A stretch of DNA of 64,000 bases, from assembly GCF_009914755.1 (NCBI RefSeq), contig NC_060944.1; one strand, given 5' to 3'. This document shows positions 58,250-64,000 of this stretch, one piece after another (the stretch's first letter is position 1; the number at the start of each line of letters is the position of its first letter). This stretch comes from the human T2T-CHM13v2.0 reference genome, Homo sapiens. The notes below the pieces were generated by a model. It ran no database searches, had not been told where the DNA came from, and saw only the letters and a program-made list of their open reading frames with translations. A program made the position numbers and the translations under genes.

Positions 58250-58940
58250 TTCAGCACTCCCTGTCACCCCAAGAGCAAATCTATTATCACACCCTGTGCA
58301 GTTTACTTCCTGAATATCTCCTTCCTTGTAACACTTTTGTGTCTCCACCAGTAACTTCTAACTGGACTGTCCACATCCAGTGCTATATTCTCTACACCCA
58401 GCTAAATGAAGTGTTCATTCCAAAATGCAGGGCAGGGAGGTCACTGTCATGCTTCTGTTCTTCAAAGGCTTCTTAATGCTTATGGGACAAAGAAAAATCA
58501 CCCTTGTGTGGCCCTACCCTGTATACATCTCCAGCTTCCTGGCACCTGCTCCCCCTTACTCTTTATACTTCAGACACGGTGGCTTCTTTCAGACCCTGCT
58601 CCTGCCCTTTCTGAGGTTACGGACTGGCATGGAGTTCCCTGCCCTCCTTAATGCCTCCCTGATTCCTGTTCATCTTCTACTTGTCAGCTCAGGAATCAGT
58701 GCCTTAGGGAGGCCTTGGCTGAGCTCCCTGACTAGGTCAAATTTTCTTCTTCTATAGGCTCTTAGAGTCCTATAATTCTCTTTTCCATCACTTCTCCTAT
58801 TTGTCTGTGAGGTGATTTGTTTAATGTCAGTTTTCTGCTACTAGACTGTAAGCTTCATGAAGATAGGGATTCTGTTAGAATTTGTTCACTATTTCTAGTA
58901 GAAGGAACAGGGCCTAGCACATAGTAAATACTGAGTAAGC
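58250..58940 (+). mobile_element. L2 3' region
   Basis: ctagactgtaagcttcatgaagataggg...cctagcacatagtaaatact. Confidence 0.75.
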
Positions 58941-59422
58941 GGGTTATTTCCCCAATGATTGCCTTTTTAAAGAAAACCAGTTCTGTAAACCAGCATTCAT
59001 CAGGCTTATCATATGGCTTTTTATATTTTGAATTATTTTTGTGAGGATTTTTATTAATATGTTTTCCAATAATGGACCATGGTTAAATTTTTGAAGTAAG
59101 CCTTACTTGATCAGGTTGTGGTATAATTATAACATATGCTGCTTTTTCTTTGCTAGGATTTTAAGATTTTGCAGTTAAAGTTATTTTCTTTTTTGTGTGC
59201 TTTGTCAGATTTTGACATCAGTGTTATACTAGTATTTTCATGGCTTATTTTATTCCATTCTTTTATTTTCAACTTTTCTATATCCTTAAGCTTAAAAATG
59301 TCTCTTTTAAACAGCATATAATTGAGGGCTTTTATTATTAGGCTTTATAATTTTTGTATTTTAATTGGAACATTTAGTTTGTTTAATATAGTTAATATAT
59401 TCTTTGCTTTCTATTTTCCTCA

Positions 59423-59570
59423 AAGATTTGAATAGAACAAAAGGCTGACCTCCCCCAAGCAAGAGGGAATTCTCTGGCAGTCTGCCTTTGCACTTGAAAT
59501 GCAACTCCTCCCTGAATCTCCAGCCTGCCAGCCTCTTCTATTATGAGTCAATTCCTTAAAATAATTCTAT
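59423..59570 (+). mobile_element. MLT2C-like LTR fragment
   Basis: gaatagaacaaaaggctgacctccccc...caattccttaaaataa. Confidence 0.78.
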
Positions 59571-59657
59571 ATGATATATATTTAATATAATTAATATATA
59601 ATGTGGCTACTACCTAGTAGAATTAATGTATACTTAATATGACATATAATATAATTA

Positions 59658-59842
59658 CAGTAGTACCTTCTTATCTGGGGGAAGCATTATATTCCAAGAC
59701 CCCCAGTGGATGCCTAAAACCACAGATATATATTTTCCTATACATACATAGCTGTGATAAAGTTTAATTTATAAATTAGGCACAGTAAAAAATTAACAAT
59801 AACTAATAATAAAATACAATACTTATAATAATATGCCAGCAT
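59658..59842 (-). mobile_element. MER44/Tigger7 terminal fragment
   Basis: cagtagt...ttccaagacccccagtggatgcct...taaattaggcacagta. Confidence 0.78.
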
Positions 59843-59971
59843 GTTCCTTTTTCTCTTTTTTCTTGCTTTTTGGATTGATAGACTTTTTTACTATCCTAGC
59901 TTTTTTCCCTCTTGCCAAGTTATAGACCCTGTTCTTTTAGTGGTTACCCTACAGATTACAACACATAGCCT

Positions 59972-60091
59972 GCATGTATAGGAATGAAATACAGTTTACG
60001 TAGGGTTCAGTACCATCTGTGGTTTCAGGCATCTACTGGGAGTCTTGGAACATATCCCCCCACCCCCCCCCCAGATAAGGGGGTAGTACTG
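59972..60091 (+). mobile_element. MER44/Tigger7 terminal fragment (same end, opposite strand)
   Basis: tagggttcagtacc...ggtttcaggcatctactgggagtcttggaac...gataagggggtagtactg. Confidence 0.78.
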
Positions 60092-60154
60092 AAATTATAT
60101 TAAATATATGCTTATTATATTAAATATTAGTCATATATTACATACATATTATAT

Positions 60155-60700
60155 AGATTTATTTTAAGGGATTGATTCACAGTGGGGGAGGCTAGCAGGC
60201 TGGAGACCCAGGAAGGAACTGCACTTCAAGTTCAAGGGTAGTCTGCTGGAGAATTCCCTCTTGCGTGGGGAAGGTCAGCCTTTTGTGCTATTCAGACCTT
60301 CAGTTGTATGGATGAAGCCCACCTACATTATGGAGGGCAACCTTCTGTACTCAAGAGTCCATTGATTTAAATGTAAATCTCATCCAAAAAAACCCCTCAC
60401 AGAAATATCCAGAATAACCTTTAACCAAATATCTGGACACTGTGGTGTGGCCCAACCAAATTAACAATCACAAGTCTACTCTTTATCAACTTGGCACCCA
60501 TACACATCTCCTTAAACCATTATTAATCTCCAAATAAAGACAGTAACAAAGTCATACTTCTGCTTAGCATGAAAGAACTATCTTGCATGTAGCCGAAAAC
60601 ACACTATTCCTTTCTCTAAAAGAGGATGCAGATTATTTGGTTGATGTTTACTCTTCTTGATATCCTGCAACTTAAATTCTAAAGTTTAAGAAAAAGTTAA
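60155..60700 (-). mobile_element. MLT2C-like 3' LTR (60155-60472) with adjoining ERVL internal 3' end
   Basis: LTR terminus ...ttaacaatcaca, then antisense PPT region tcaacttggcacccatacacatctccttaaaccat. Confidence 0.75.
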
Positions 60701-60754
60701 TACTTAAGTATTATGATCAGCTGTTAATCTAATTTTTTTTGACGAAAATATTTT

Positions 60755-61586
<832 letters not shown>

Positions 61587-61589
61587 GTG

Positions 61590-62320
61590 TCTTTTTTCCT
61601 TTCGAGTGCTTAAAAAAATTGTTTTTAAATAATTATTTGGTTTTCAGAAATTTCACTATTGTGTATCTAGACACAGATTTCCTTTTTATTTATCTGTTTG
61701 GGGGGTGTTTAGGGCTTCTTGGATCTGTGGTTTGATGTTTTTCCTCAGTTTTGGAGAATTTTCAGCCTTCGTCTGTTCTTCGAATATTTCTTCTGTTCCA
61801 TTTCTCCCTTTCCGCTTTTCTGAAACTGAAATTACATGTAGGTTAGATCATTTCATTGTATCCTTTATACCTCTTACCTTCTCTTTGGTATTTTTTTATA
61901 AATCTTTTTGCTTCTCTCTGCTTCATTCTAGATACTTCCTTTTGACCTATTTACCAGCTCACTAATTCTCTCTTCAGGTATATTTTACCTGTTCTTAAAT
62001 TTATCCATTAAGATCTTTTTTTCAGATCTGCTATTACATTTTTATACCATTCTTGACTAAAATTCTTAATGCTACAGGACTGTTCTTCTTGTCTGTTTCT
62101 TACTGATTCTCATGTTGCCTTTTTATGGACTAGACACTGTAGTTTTAAAATTATTTATAGAAATGACCTGAGACCTATGATATATTTTTCAAGAGAGGAT
62201 TTACGTTTGTTTCTAGCTTTGCCTAGGAGTCTTCAATCATTTTAATTCAGTTTCAGGGACTGATTTGCTTTTAAGCAGGGCTGTAGTCCCTACAGGGGTG
62301 GTCAACTTCATTTCACTACC
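61590..62320 (-). mobile_element. Old L1M fragment
   Basis: ggcttcttggatctgtggtttgatg...agttttggagaattttcagcc. Confidence 0.6.
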
Positions 62321-62429
62321 TAATATACCTATTATGTGTGGAGTACTTTGCTAGATGTTGGGTAGGTCTTGTGAGCAGAGCAGACCTCTCTTTGGTCTGT
62401 ATGGAGCACGGAGCTTGATTATAATTGGC

Positions 62430-62431
<2 letters not shown>

Positions 62432-62461
<30 letters not shown>
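62432..62461. repeat. (TG)n microsatellite
   Basis: About 15 TG units. Confidence 0.95.
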
Positions 62462-62465
<4 letters not shown>

Positions 62466-62496
62466 AAATAAATATTTATTTATTTATTTATTATAG

Positions 62497-62818
<322 letters not shown>

Positions 62819-63416
62819 TTAAGATAGATATATTTATATAGCTAAGTAATTAATAAATATATTAAGTTCTATGAAAGCAATGAGTAGGCTGCTATGGTTG
62901 TGAATATTTGGACTACACAGGGGATAAGAATGGGTCTACCATAATTAGCAGGGACAGGTTTTGTTTAAGCCAAAAACTAAGAGGGCTTAGAACAGAAACC
63001 GCCAGGCAGAAGCAGTTACCAGTGTGAAGACTAGATGACAACCAAAAAAGTATGTGGGAGGAGGGAGGGGAGGTTGCGCAGTGGGGAGTTGAGATTGACT
63101 TAGAACTGTATTAATGAGCTTTCCCCCCAACCCCCATTTTTCTCCCATTTACCTTCAGAAAAATTAGTGATTTGGCTACCAGTGAATCTAGGCTCCAGGT
63201 GTAGCTCTGTAGTTTTGGACTAGTTACCTAATTCTTCATTCACAACAAAACAGAAGGAGAGAGGAAAAAGAGAGCAAACATGGAATTGGGATGGGAAGTA
63301 AGAGAGCACATGAGGAGAGAGACTATGTCAAGTTTCTTCGTATTCCTTTTTTAATTACAGAAGAAAAGATGGGATAAAAATATTCCATCTTATTTCTCTG
63401 TTTAAAAGAAAGAGTA

Positions 63417-63795
<379 letters not shown>

Positions 63796-63854
63796 TCATT
63801 GATGAACCTGAAATGTTTTGGTTAACATGAGAAAGGAGGGTGAGAAGATGCCTG

Positions 63855-63935
63855 AGATGTGAGCTCCTTGAGGACAGGAGCTGCTTTCTCTCTCCAGCCT
63901 GGCACAAGACAAGGAACTTAGTTGAATGAATGAGC
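63855..63935 (+). mobile_element. L2 3' terminus
   Basis: tgtgagctccttgaggacagg...gcctggcaca...gttgaatgaatga. Confidence 0.7.
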
Positions 63936-64000
63936 AAATAAGTGGTTCTCTGCTTTGAAGGAACTTGGACTGTCATTACCTTGCAAATCAGGTTTACCAG

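Overview
Primate (almost certainly human) intronic DNA with no protein-coding exon. It is dominated by interspersed repeats: about 75 Alu/FLAM/FAM pieces, many old L1M/L2/MIR fragments, ERVL/MaLR LTRs and fossil DNA transposons. The one convincing exon is a 79-nt internal exon on the + strand (40058-40136, ttgcag|GTG...AAG|gtaaga). From memory of the mRNA I recognise it as a 5'-UTR exon of PTPRA; this is not verified by alignment. It carries four upstream AUGs and lies between inverted Alus. The supplied ORFs are Alu or low-complexity artefacts, apart from a short stretch of decayed Cheshire transposase. I see no novel multi-gene system. The most unusual signals are footprints of DNA repair or rearrangement: (1) an exact 27-nt inverted copy of sequence from 1.7 kb upstream, inside a palindromic (TA)-rich tract; (2) an old inverted duplication of a composite MLT2-(TA)-MER44 unit near 59.4-60.3 kb. 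Also notable are a near-consensus young AluY and a near-full-length Cheshire hAT fossil. Repeat family names come from recalled consensus motifs, and most repeat boundaries are approximate (tens of bp).
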